Part shown: positions 20,378 to 29,943 of the stretch, one piece after another
Layout: every line of letters begins with the position of its first letter
How positions within the stretch are numbered: position 1 is the first letter of the stretch
From: Thermoplasmata archaeon
Lineage (GTDB): Archaea > Thermoplasmatota > Thermoplasmata > GCA-020350865
Direction of reading: 5' to 3'
Length of the DNA: 64,000 nt
Assembly: GCA_020348445.1 (NCBI GenBank)
Contig: CP070751.1
Coordinates: 4,321,723-4,385,722, forward strand
Translations under genes and position numbers: made by a program
Notes under the pieces: model-generated
Database searches by the model: none
What the model saw: the letters and a program-made list of their open reading frames with translations, nothing else
Told to the model about the DNA's origin: nothing

Positions 20378-23300
20378 ATGACTTGCCATAAAATGAACAA
20401 AAAAATATGCCTTTTTAAAAGAAATGAAGTTTTTTATGTGTATCTTGCCCTCCTTTTCATTATTTTCTTCATAATATTCTTATCCTCCTCTAATGTAAAA
20501 GCAGCGCCTCCAGAGATTATTATTATCGACAGCGCACCTGAATACATCAATGAAAGCAGTGATCCTGTATGTGTGTTCGAAATCACGTTGACAGACGATG
20601 ATGGTGCGATGCTCGAAAATATAACCATTACAATAGAAAATGTAAGTGCACAGTTTGATCCCAACACCGATTTGGCACCATTGATATGGAACGAAAGTAG
20701 TGGTATGATGATCTATGAAGAGAGCAATGCTATCCCTGGATTTCAAAATGATGACAGCCCTGTAATGATACCGCCCACAAGCTGGATAGGATCTGGTCCA
20801 TGGACAACAACATTTTATGGTCTCAATTATATCTTACCTACCTCAACACTTGGTTCAAATTACTATGTGGTCATACGTACCAATACTTCGATATCAAATA
20901 ATGAAAAATTTAGGATTGGTATTGAACCAAATAATATATGGACATACCAGGGTGGCATTCCCAACTCTTCATTCTGGTCAAAGAACATAACTGCCGACAC
21001 CATAGCTCCTGTTCCTCACATTTCCGCCTTCAGTGAGAGTTCCATAGCAAAGGTTGGGGATTGGCTGAATATCACAGCTACCATTGCAGGGGATGATGCC
21101 ACCATAGTAACTGTTAATCTATCTGATTTTAATGGTTTGACTGACTCAGAGCCCATGATCTATGATAATGGAAGTCGTGCCTGGTATTATAACATCACAT
21201 CGTTAGTAGAAGGAGATGTTGATACAGACGTTTCTGGCTATACTTTCAATGTAAGTGCTACAGACAAAGTAGGTAAGATAGCTTGGGCAAGCAATGCCAC
21301 AATACCTATAGATACAAAATCACCAGCTGTTGCTGTAATGGTAAACCAGGAGAATTACCCTGCAGGGATTGGAGAGTGGATTAATATAACGGTAACCACC
21401 ACCTTGGATTCGACAAATGTGGTTGGAGAATTGTCTGTTTTTTCTGGCCAGGGGGCTTCACAAACTTTTTTTGGTTCTGGTACAAACTGGTATTATAATT
21501 TCACTGTTCAAGTTGGTACATTGGATGGCCCAGGAAGTATAAATGTATTGGTGGTTGATGATTCCGGTAATTTAAATACCAATGACACCCAGACTGCAGA
21601 TGTGGATGAGGTTAGGCCAACAGTAATCGATCTTGAATACAGCCATATCATGATAGCAGGGGCCAATGAAACTCAGAATTTCTATTTAAATATCACTTAC
21701 AGTGAAGATATGGATACTAAAACAGCTCCAATGATTGCATTTGTAAATCCTACATTGGTGGGAACACTCACATTTTCAGGTGGTTCTTGGGATGGTGCAA
21801 CAATATATCGAGCCATCCACATCATCTCTGATAATGATGTTGAGCAATTGGATGTAGATATAGAAGTAAATGGAGCCTGGGATCTTTCAGGTAACTCGCA
21901 GACAATATATACCCTATCAGATGCGTTTGATGTAGACACATCAGCACCAATAGTAACTAATATCGAATCCAGCCACATATTGTTAACAGAGAAGAATGTC
22001 GGTAATACGTTCTATTTGAATATCACGTTCAGTGAGGATATGGAACCCACAAAAGTTCCAATGATAAAATTTGTGAATCCCTCATTGACGGGAACACTCA
22101 CATTTTCAGGGGGTACTTGGGATGGTACGACGATCTATAGAGCTCAATTTTTAATTTCTGATGATGAAGTCGAACAGTTCAAAATCGATATAGAAGTTAG
22201 CGGAGCAAAGGACGTATTTGGAAATATGCAGATAACAAACATTACATATGATACATTTGATGTACATACCATCGGGCCAACAGTTTCAGTTATTGTCAAA
22301 CAAGAATCTGTGCAACCAGGAATAGGTGAATGGATCAACATCACTGTGATCACTGATTTAGAAGTAATAGCAGTAGATGTTGATTTGGCCTCTGCGGGAG
22401 CAACAGGTCAAATTGATGATCAATCACTGGTTAGGATCAACAATACAACTTGGTATTACAATTTCACAGTTTATATTGGTATTACAGACGCATCACTTGG
22501 AGTTTCAATAAACGTTGATGCAATCGACAATATGGGCAATTCTAATTCAAATACTGCGAATATATATTTTGATGAGGTTTATCCCGAGCCATTGGATGTA
22601 ACTGTAACCACAGGTGCTTTGGGATCAAATCCCGCTAAAATAGGTGATTGGATCAACATATCTGTGGATGTAGGCGGCCATACTGATATCCAGATGATGT
22701 ATGTTACTGCTTTGGGAATATACACCTCAGAACCGATTTCAGATAGAGTTGGCAACATATGGTATCTTAACACCTCTGTACCTGCCGGAAATGCAGACGG
22801 GGTGGTTACATTTGCTATTACAGTAATCGATGATTCAAACAATCAAAACGACGCTAAATTCGACACAGCATATATCGATAATATTAAACCTGAGCCCCTT
22901 AGGCTCGAAATTAAGGTCGAAACCCAACCTGCCAAGGTAAGTGATTGGATAAACATTACGTTGGATGTAGGCAGCCATCTGGATATAGAATCGATTAATG
23001 TTGATGTACCTGGTGTTTTTTCAGGGGAGCCCATAACTGAGCATTTCGGCAATTTCTGGTATTTGAACACCTCAATATCTCAAGGAACTGCTGATGGACT
23101 TGTTAATTTTACTGTAACGTTATTGGATGATGCAGGGAATCTGATCTTAGCATCAGACTATTTAATAATTGACAATGTACCGCCAGCCCTTGCAACAATT
23201 GAATCCATATCTGATGGGAGGGCTACGACCCCAGAAACCGAGTTCAGAGGGGTACTAACCATCAATGCCCAAACCGATGCCAACGATATCCTGAAGGTCA

Positions 23301-24133
23301 GTTTCTTTGATGGAGACCCAAATGAAGGGGGAATTTGGCTTGGGGATGATTTTGATAGTCCCTATTCATTTGAGTGGTATACTCAAGTAAATGATTCTGG
23401 TGATCATCAGATATATATAAGGGTCTTTGATGATGCTGGTAATTTCAGGGATTCCTCGGGTGTTGAGATAACGATATCTCATGAAGTGAAGGGTCCAGAG
23501 CAAGGAATTCCACTTGGACTTATACTTCTTATTGGATGCTTTGCAGCAATAGGAGTTGGTGGTGTGGTGGTTGCAGCAACAGAATTCGGGAAAATACCTA
23601 TATTCTTCTTTTTCTACCTTCTCTACACCCGACTTAAAAAGGAATACATACTAGATAACTTTACAAGAGGGCGAATTTACGGTTATGTTGAAGCCAATCC
23701 AGGGGAGCATTTTAACGCCATAAAGCGCGCTTTGGGTCTTAAAAACGGATCCTTAGCCTATCATATTAGAACCCTTGAGAAAGAGGGATTCATCATCTCA
23801 AAACGTGATAGGGGTTACAAACGTTTTTATCCAAAAAGCATGAAGCTTCCTAAGAGGAATGTTAAGGAATTAATACCCATTCAAAGGAATATCATGAACA
23901 TAGTGAAAACCAATCCTGGGATCTCCCAAAGAGGTATAGCTGACAAACTGAGTATTAGCTATCAATTAGTTCACTATCATATTAAAGTGCTTATGGAAGC
24001 AGATTATGTGTATTTGGAGAAGGATGAGAAACAGACATATTGTTATGAATCCGAAGGCCATAAGTTAGAACCTGACGCAGATGAGCTATATATATCAGAA
24101 TCCAAACTTGAGGATGGGACAACCGAATCATAA
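20378..24133 (+). CDS. Large surface glycoprotein fused to a TM helix and a cytoplasmic double winged-helix (COG3398-like): membrane-anchored one-component regulator
   Basis: Signal peptide (..SSSNVKA/APP), about 1000 aa of Ig-like repeats rich in N-x-S/T, hydrophobic segment LGLILLIGCFAAIGVGGVVVA..IFFFFYLLY, then two wHTH units (RGRIYGYVEANPGEHFNAIKRAL..LAYHIRTLE; IQRNIMNIVKTNPGISQ..VHYHIKVL). Start may be 20345 (TTG), 20378 or 20393. Confidence 0.85.
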   Translation: MTCHKMNKKICLFKRNEVFYVYLALLFIIFFIIFLSSSNVKAAPPEIIIIDSAPEYINESSDPVCVFEITLTDDDGAMLENITITIENVSAQFDPNTDLAPLIWNESSGMMIYEESNAIPGFQNDDSPVMIPPTSWIGSGPWTTTFYGLNYILPTSTLGSNYYVVIRTNTSISNNEKFRIGIEPNNIWTYQGGIPNSSFWSKNITADTIAPVPHISAFSESSIAKVGDWLNITATIAGDDATIVTVNLSDFNGLTDSEPMIYDNGSRAWYYNITSLVEGDVDTDVSGYTFNVSATDKVGKIAWASNATIPIDTKSPAVAVMVNQENYPAGIGEWINITVTTTLDSTNVVGELSVFSGQGASQTFFGSGTNWYYNFTVQVGTLDGPGSINVLVVDDSGNLNTNDTQTADVDEVRPTVIDLEYSHIMIAGANETQNFYLNITYSEDMDTKTAPMIAFVNPTLVGTLTFSGGSWDGATIYRAIHIISDNDVEQLDVDIEVNGAWDLSGNSQTIYTLSDAFDVDTSAPIVTNIESSHILLTEKNVGNTFYLNITFSEDMEPTKVPMIKFVNPSLTGTLTFSGGTWDGTTIYRAQFLISDDEVEQFKIDIEVSGAKDVFGNMQITNITYDTFDVHTIGPTVSVIVKQESVQPGIGEWINITVITDLEVIAVDVDLASAGATGQIDDQSLVRINNTTWYYNFTVYIGITDASLGVSINVDAIDNMGNSNSNTANIYFDEVYPEPLDVTVTTGALGSNPAKIGDWINISVDVGGHTDIQMMYVTALGIYTSEPISDRVGNIWYLNTSVPAGNADGVVTFAITVIDDSNNQNDAKFDTAYIDNIKPEPLRLEIKVETQPAKVSDWINITLDVGSHLDIESINVDVPGVFSGEPITEHFGNFWYLNTSISQGTADGLVNFTVTLLDDAGNLILASDYLIIDNVPPALATIESISDGRATTPETEFRGVLTINAQTDANDILKVSFFDGDPNEGGIWLGDDFDSPYSFEWYTQVNDSGDHQIYIRVFDDAGNFRDSSGVEITISHEVKGPEQGIPLGLILLIGCFAAIGVGGVVVAATEFGKIPIFFFFYLLYTRLKKEYILDNFTRGRIYGYVEANPGEHFNAIKRALGLKNGSLAYHIRTLEKEGFIISKRDRGYKRFYPKSMKLPKRNVKELIPIQRNIMNIVKTNPGISQRGIADKLSISYQLVHYHIKVLMEADYVYLEKDEKQTYCYESEGHKLEPDADELYISESKLEDGTTES
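21600..22270 (+). repeat. Tandem 330-bp (110-aa) domain duplication inside the surface regulator
   Basis: GGGAACACTCACATTTTCAGG occurs at 21760 and 22090; protein repeats FYLNITxSEDM..PMIxFVNPxLxGTLTFSGGxWDG. Confidence 0.85.
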
Positions 24134-24292
24134 ATTTTAATTGTTAGAAAATCCAAAATATATATGACTTTTAGAAGAGAGGTATCTTTTTCTTAGTGAT
24201 AGCTCAATACATCATATTTTGGTATGATAAATTGTTTTTTTAAAATGAGGGTAGAATTTAAATCTATCCTCCCCTATTCAGAATCGATTTGA

Positions 24293-26554
24293 ATGGCCAA
24301 AGTATTTATTGGTGTTGCCTGGCCCTATGCAAATGGTCCCATTCACCTGGGACATGTGGCAGGCTCACTTCTGCCTCCCGATATTTTCGCCAGATACCAC
24401 AGGATGCAGGGAAACGAGGTTCTCATGGTCTCAGGATCTGATCAACATGGCACGCCTATTACTGTCACCGCCGAAAAGAAAGGTGTTGCCCCAAAACAGA
24501 TAGCCGAGAAATTTCACAAGATAAACTCTAAGGCCATTTCTGATTTAGGGATTTCCTTTGACCTGTACTTTGAGACCTCGCATGAGAATCACAAGAAAGT
24601 TGTCCAAGATTTCTTCACTCGATTACTTGAAAGGGAATTTATTTACAAGAAGGTAATGCTCTCACCATATTGCTCAAACTGTGACAAGTTCCTACCTGAT
24701 CGATATGTAGAGGGTGAATGCCCCCACTGCGATTATTCCAATGCAAGAGGTGATCAGTGCGACGACTGCGGAAGGACACTGGATCCTGAGGAGCTTATCG
24801 CACCTGTGTGCAAGTTCTGTTCATCCCAACCCGAGATGAAGGAAACAGAGCACTTTTTCTTTAAATTGAGCGCCTTTCAAAAGGACCTGGAAAATTACGT
24901 GGCAGACAAGGATTACTGGCGTCATAACACCAAGAATTTCACAAAGAACTGGCTTGAAAGCGGTCTTCGGGATCGGGCCATTACCCGTGATATAACCTGG
25001 GGAGTTGAGATACCTTTGGAAGGCTATGATGACAAGCGCATCTATGTTTGGTTCGAGGCTGTAATGGGATATTTCTCCACGTCAAAGGAATGGGCAAGAA
25101 GAAGAGGTGAAGAAGATAAGTGGAAGGATTTCTGGCAGGATGAGGCATGTAAACATTACTATTTCCTTGGAAAGGACAACATTCCCTTTCATACAATTAT
25201 CTGGCCCGCCATACTCATGGGTTATGGAGATCTGAACTTACCTTATGACGTTCCCGCCAATGAATACTTAAAATGGGGTGGTGAGCAGTTCTCTAAGAGC
25301 AGAGGGATATCCATTGCCGTCCCAGATGTTCTAAAAAAATATGATCCTGATCAGGTAAGATACTATCTTTCCATCAATATGCCTGAATTGCGGGATGCTG
25401 ATTTCACATTGGAGGACTTCATTAGAAGAAACAATGATGAGTTGGTATCCACGTTGGGTAACTTCGTCCACAGAGCACTTTCTTTCACGCACAAGAATTA
25501 CGGCGAAGTGCCAAAAGTCAAGGAGCTTTCGCAGCAGGACAAAGAGGCCTTGGAAAAAATCGAGACACAGGTTACCGAGATATCGGAATATATAGAAAGA
25601 TGCGAGTTCAAAAAGGCGATGAAAAGTCTAATGGAATTGGCGCACTTCGGAAATAGGTATTTTGATGCAAGGGCGCCTTGGGCGTTGTTGAAGGAGAACA
25701 GAGAGGAATGCGGCACTGCTTTGCATGTGTGTTTAAGGATAGTAAAGGCTCTTTGCATAGGCATGTATCCATTTTTACCCTTCTCTACCGAGAAATTATG
25801 GGTCATGCTGGGATATGAGGACGATGTGAGCTCGAGGACTTGGGAGGAAGCTAAAACTGATATACCTTCAGGACAAAGTCTTGCGAGACCACAACCTTTG
25901 TTCAAGAAGCTTGATATAATCGAGGCTCCAGAAAAAATAGAACCAGAAAAGGCAAAGGAGGAAGAGGCCATGGGTGTTGACGCTTTGGATCTAAAAATAG
26001 GTCTTATAGAGGAAATCGAGGATCATCCCGATGCCGAGAAGCTGTATGTCATGAAGGTGGACTTTGGGAATGAAAAACGACAGCTCGTGGCAGGGCTTAA
26101 GACCTACTACTCCAAGGAGGAGATGCAGGATAGGAAGATCGTGGTTGTTATGAACCTAAAACCTGCCAAGTTAAGGGGTATCGAATCCAGGGGGATGCTG
26201 CTTGCCGCAGAGGATAAGTCCGGAACAGTGAGCCTGCTTACCCCCCTCTCTGATGAAGATATTGGAGTAAAAGTCACTGGCAGGGGATTGGAAACCATGG
26301 TTCCAAGGAAGCAGATTTCTTTTTCAGAGTTCCAGAAAATCAAGTTGAGGGTTGGCACCATAATCGAGGAAGATAAGACAGATATGGGTGACAAAAAATC
26401 CGGTGTGGAAGGTGGTGTATCCAGTGCTCTTTCGGGAACTCAAATTGCCATTTATCTTGCAGAAGGTAAAGAAGAGGTCATACCCCTTGTAACCGAAAGT
26501 GGCGGTTTTATATCGTTGCACAAGCCTGTTGCCAATGGAGCCGAGATAAAATAG
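24293..26554 (+). CDS. metG: Methionyl-tRNA synthetase with C-terminal tRNA-binding domain and a second, truncated copy
   Basis: WPYANGPIHLGH (HIGH), zinc knuckle CSNC..CPHC..CDDC..CKFC, GKDNIPFH, QFSKSRG (KMSKS), OB-fold DHPDAEKLYVMKVDFG...RGIESRGMLLAA. Confidence 0.97.
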   Translation: MAKVFIGVAWPYANGPIHLGHVAGSLLPPDIFARYHRMQGNEVLMVSGSDQHGTPITVTAEKKGVAPKQIAEKFHKINSKAISDLGISFDLYFETSHENHKKVVQDFFTRLLEREFIYKKVMLSPYCSNCDKFLPDRYVEGECPHCDYSNARGDQCDDCGRTLDPEELIAPVCKFCSSQPEMKETEHFFFKLSAFQKDLENYVADKDYWRHNTKNFTKNWLESGLRDRAITRDITWGVEIPLEGYDDKRIYVWFEAVMGYFSTSKEWARRRGEEDKWKDFWQDEACKHYYFLGKDNIPFHTIIWPAILMGYGDLNLPYDVPANEYLKWGGEQFSKSRGISIAVPDVLKKYDPDQVRYYLSINMPELRDADFTLEDFIRRNNDELVSTLGNFVHRALSFTHKNYGEVPKVKELSQQDKEALEKIETQVTEISEYIERCEFKKAMKSLMELAHFGNRYFDARAPWALLKENREECGTALHVCLRIVKALCIGMYPFLPFSTEKLWVMLGYEDDVSSRTWEEAKTDIPSGQSLARPQPLFKKLDIIEAPEKIEPEKAKEEEAMGVDALDLKIGLIEEIEDHPDAEKLYVMKVDFGNEKRQLVAGLKTYYSKEEMQDRKIVVVMNLKPAKLRGIESRGMLLAAEDKSGTVSLLTPLSDEDIGVKVTGRGLETMVPRKQISFSEFQKIKLRVGTIIEEDKTDMGDKKSGVEGGVSSALSGTQIAIYLAEGKEEVIPLVTESGGFISLHKPVANGAEIK

Positions 26555-26562
26555 TGGTCGAA

Positions 26563-27231
26563 ATGAAAATCGACATTCATATCCATTCCTCGTATTCTAA
26601 CGATGGAACTGTGGCACCCAAGGAAATTTTAAAATATGCAAAGAAGATCAAACTCAACGGCATAGCGATAACAGATCACAATGAGCTTACCGGCTCTTTA
26701 AAACTATGGAAAGAGAACAGGCATATTACGGATTTTGCTGTGATCCCAGGTATGGAGGTCTCTTCAAGTGAAGGACATGTACTTGCCCTGGGCATCAAAG
26801 AAGCGATCCCTAAAAATCTAACTGCAAAAGATACCATAAGAAAGGTCAACGATCTGGGGGGGCTGGCCGTAGCCTCACATCCATATCGGTTCTGGTCAGG
26901 ATTAGGCGAGGAAAGTGTAAGAAAGGCCAGATTCGAGGCAATCGAGGTCATAAACAGCAGATCCCTTCAAAAGGAAAATAACAAGGCAAGGAAACTTGCT
27001 GAAGAACTTGGAACCGGTCATACCGGTGGCAGCGATAGCCATTCCTTGGCCCATCTGGGGGATGCCTATACCGAGCTTGGAAATCAAAGTCTTGACATCG
27101 ATGACATCGTTGAGGAGATCAGAAAAAGAAAGTCCAAAGGAGAGGGAAAATCTCGAAGGTTGAGTGGAACACCTAAATATGCCGCAAGCTGTGTATATTT
27201 ATGGCTTAAAAGAGGCATGAAGAGGATATAA
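26563..27231 (+). CDS. PHP-domain metal-dependent phosphoesterase
   Basis: DIHIHSSYSNDG, AITDHN, GHVLALG, ASHPYR, GGSDSH. Start ATG 26563 or GTG 26554. Confidence 0.9.
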   Translation: MKIDIHIHSSYSNDGTVAPKEILKYAKKIKLNGIAITDHNELTGSLKLWKENRHITDFAVIPGMEVSSSEGHVLALGIKEAIPKNLTAKDTIRKVNDLGGLAVASHPYRFWSGLGEESVRKARFEAIEVINSRSLQKENNKARKLAEELGTGHTGGSDSHSLAHLGDAYTELGNQSLDIDDIVEEIRKRKSKGEGKSRRLSGTPKYAASCVYLWLKRGMKRI

Positions 27232-27240
27232 ATTTCCAAT

Positions 27241-27975
27241 TTAAGCCTTGGATGCGACCTTCTTAGCCTTCCTTCGTTTTAGCTTTTTAACAATGGTCAT
27301 TAATATGAATATGATAATTCTTGGAATTAGGAGCAATACCCAACCCACAACTGATATTATGAGTATTATAAATTTAACTATTTTACCCCTTTCCTTCCCA
27401 TACTTGCTGAAGAGCCAAAGTTGCTTTGGATGATAAAATGGTTTCATCTCTCCCTCAGTGGCCTCATCTTCCTCTGCTTCTGCCGCTTCAACCTCTGCGG
27501 CAGCCTCAGCACCTTCTGCTTCACCTTCTGCAACGACCTCGACAGGTTGACTTTCCACTTCAATTGCCTTGATCCTCTCAAGTCGTCTTTTCTCAGCCTC
27601 GCTAAGCTCGTACTCCTTGTAGGTCTCGGGAACCGAGAGGCTCTCACCGAATTTTTCCTCGAACATTGTATGCAAACTCGAAGTCTCCTTTCTCTCGGCT
27701 AATCTATCGATTTTCTTTTCAAGGTATGGAATATCCTCAGTGCTCTTTCTCACCCAAGGGCCTGCTTTAAACTCCTCAGGCTTTTCCTCCTCTTCCTCCT
27801 CCAAAGTTGTGACATCCTCTAAAAAAACGCCTTTCTTTCTAAGTTTCGCCTCTTTTTTGGCGAGTTTTTTCTCGATTTTGGCCTTCTTTTTGCCCTTCTT
27901 CTTGGACTTTTTCTGCTCCTTGGCCATTTTCTTTAGTTCCTTATAGGAGCGTTCCATATCTTCGGTACTTTCCAT
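27241..27975 (-). CDS. Hypothetical charged protein with C-terminal TM anchor
   Basis: Lys-rich N-terminus, Glu/Ala-rich middle, one long hydrophobic C-terminal segment followed by a basic tail. Confidence 0.7.
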   Translation of the reverse strand: MESTEDMERSYKELKKMAKEQKKSKKKGKKKAKIEKKLAKKEAKLRKKGVFLEDVTTLEEEEEEKPEEFKAGPWVRKSTEDIPYLEKKIDRLAERKETSSLHTMFEEKFGESLSVPETYKEYELSEAEKRRLERIKAIEVESQPVEVVAEGEAEGAEAAAEVEAAEAEEDEATEGEMKPFYHPKQLWLFSKYGKERGKIVKFIILIISVVGWVLLLIPRIIIFILMTIVKKLKRRKAKKVASKA

Positions 27976-28402
27976 TTATATCCCCACGTTTAAATTATTC
28001 CGAGTTTTATATTGAATTATCATAGTGATGATTCCATAATCAGCATGACCTACTTAATGCCTAATTTGACTCCATATGTTAAATACTTTTGCCTGATCTT
28101 GTATTCAGTTTTTATTAAATCAATACCCCAAAAAGCCTTTTATGATAAAAAAGCTTTCGTAGCCCTTTTGGTCATGAAGTATTACTGGATTTAATTACTC
28201 ATATTATATATAAATGGGCATGGCCGCACCGAGGATTAAGATACAATTATATTGTATTTATAACCGAGGTGCCTAGTGGATTCATATATTATATCTGGAT
28301 GGATTTTAATTAAGCCACGAAGGTTTCAGCTTAAGACACAGGCAATAATTAAACATAACTGAAACACGCAAGGCTCATGATTGTTACTTTATAAAAGTAA
28401 AA

Positions 28403-28513
28403 TGGGCCTGGCCGGATTTGAACCGGCGACCAATTGGTTTCTCACCAAATACGGTGAACATATTGACTTTTTGGATATGAGCCAATCGCTCCACCGGGCT
28501 AAGCTACAGGCCC
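28403..28513 (-). tRNA. tRNA with CAT anticodon (probably Ile2, agmatidine type; elongator Met not excluded), 37-nt intron at 37/38
   Basis: Minus strand: GGGCCTG/CAGGCCC acceptor stem, ATTGG-CTCATA[intron 28439-28475]A-CCAAT, GCCGG-TTCAAAT-CCGGC T arm. Canonical BHB: CTCA/TGAG helix, two 3-nt bulges, CCAAA/TTTGG intron helix. CCA not encoded. The Ile2 call is inferred from the GGGCC acceptor stem. Confidence 0.92.
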
Positions 28514-28540
28514 TTTTAATATGCTTCTTTTGATCCTTAG

Positions 28541-28634
28541 CGCCGTCGACCGGATTTGAACCGGTGACCGCCCGGTTTCTGTTTTATTGGGTACCAATTA
28601 ACAGCCGGGTGCTCCACCACTGAGCTACGACGGC
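28541..28634 (-). tRNA. tRNA-Asn(GTT) with 22-nt intron at 37/38
   Basis: GCCGTCG/CGACGGC acceptor stem, G73 discriminator, CCCGG-CTGTTA[intron 28577-28598]A-CCGGG, ACCGG-TTCAAAT-CCGGT. BHB-like CTGT/ACAG helix. 27 bp upstream of the CAT tRNA, so probably co-transcribed. Confidence 0.95.
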
Positions 28635-28704
28635 CTTTTATCTAAATATAGGATTATTTGGGTAATGCAATGGTAATGTAAAATCTTTGCTAAATAATTT
28701 TTGT

Positions 28705-29046
28705 CTATTTCACAGCCTTTTCTATATCTTTGACAGATTTGGATATTTCATCTAGAGTCTTTGAAAGACGTGTCAGAAAACCGTGAATACGGTCGGTGGT
28801 AATTGCCCCTTCAAGTGATGGTTTTATTAGCCCTTCCTGTTCTAAGATTCTAAGAGAATATCTCACCTTATGCTGGGGACAGTCCAGCATCTCCGACAGC
28901 CTGATTATGCCAACAGGTTCGTTTTCTATTATGGCCTTGAGCATAGACATGTGCCTTTTTAAAAGGTCCAACTCGAACTCTATATTGCTACTTCCGGCAT
29001 GCCCTTTTAAATGAGATTTCTTGGGTTTTGTAGATTTATATTTCAA
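28705..29046 (-). CDS. Winged-helix transcriptional regulator (conserved archaeal type)
   Basis: LKRHMSMLKAIIENEPVGIIRLSEMLDCPQHKVRYSLRILEQEGLIKPS. Likely TTG start at 29046 after GGAGG; the track's 29172 start looks like an over-extension. Confidence 0.8.
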   Translation of the reverse strand: MKYKSTKPKKSHLKGHAGSSNIEFELDLLKRHMSMLKAIIENEPVGIIRLSEMLDCPQHKVRYSLRILEQEGLIKPSLEGAITTDRIHGFLTRLSKTLDEISKSVKDIEKAVK

Positions 29047-29318
29047 AGTTCCTCCCCCTAACGAGGTTATACATTTATTTCTGTCAGAATTTTTGCACAT
29101 TGTTAGACGACAGAATTGGTACGATACATAATAGCACACACCTATAAAAAAGTTAGGTAAAATTAGGCGCACTTGAAATGATAATTTTCATAATTTATCT
29201 ATTGTTATTTTCATTGAGAGGATTCCACATCCGATTATAATCCTTTAAAAACCGGACATTATCAGCTACATACGAAAGTTTTATACTAACATATGACTTT
29301 TACCGTTTCGGTGAGGCG

Positions 29319-29552
29319 ATGGCGATAGGTTTTATACTTATAAGTACAGCCCCAGCAAAGGAACATGATGTTTACAACGAACTCAAGAAGATCAAGGAGA
29401 TAGTGGAGCTACACCCATTATTCGGTGAATACGATCTCATTGCAAAACTGGAGGCTAAGAACTTCAATTTATTGGGCCAGATAGTAGTAGACAAGATCCG
29501 CACAATACCAGGTGTTGTGGATACAAAAACATTGACAGGTATAAAATTCTGA
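29319..29552 (+). CDS. Lrp/AsnC ligand-binding (RAM) domain protein
   Basis: ELHPLFGEYDLIAKL...KIRTIPGVVDTKTL; GGTGAGG RBS. Confidence 0.88.
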   Translation: MAIGFILISTAPAKEHDVYNELKKIKEIVELHPLFGEYDLIAKLEAKNFNLLGQIVVDKIRTIPGVVDTKTLTGIKF

Positions 29553-29564
29553 GAGGGTGAATAG

Positions 29565-29885
29565 ATGAAAATGGATTTGGACATTTGGAACTTTTTAACG
29601 ATAATACTCTTGGTATTTGCCCTTTGCACCTTGATCGCAGGGATATTTACCGCGTATTTTGGAGCAGGGAAGAGCAGAAAGATCGGTGCCGGCTTGATAG
29701 TGTTGGGCTTACTAATTGGGGTGATGTGGGTCTATTTGGCTGGTATGAGCAATGTGATACCTGGTGGAGATGAGAATATCATCGTGGCGGATGTGATTAT
29801 CCTATCAATTTATGTGATAATTGCCACAATAATTGGGATTGTTATGGCCCTTGGTCTGTTTCTGGGGGCAATAATGAAATCATAG
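29565..29885 (+). CDS. Small three-TM membrane protein, unknown function
   Basis: Three hydrophobic segments, FTAYFGAGKSRKIG loop, GAIMKS end; RBS present. Confidence 0.75.
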   Translation: MKMDLDIWNFLTIILLVFALCTLIAGIFTAYFGAGKSRKIGAGLIVLGLLIGVMWVYLAGMSNVIPGGDENIIVADVIILSIYVIIATIIGIVMALGLFLGAIMKS

Positions 29886-29943
29886 ACAGATCCGCCAATA
29901 ACAAATCCCAAATAACCATCATCGATATCCATGGTTGATGCTC

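Noticed and set aside
28384-28400. TTACTTT-ATA-AAAGTAA palindrome next to the tRNA 3' end
   Set aside because: Short and almost entirely A/T, so it is expected by chance in this intergenic composition.
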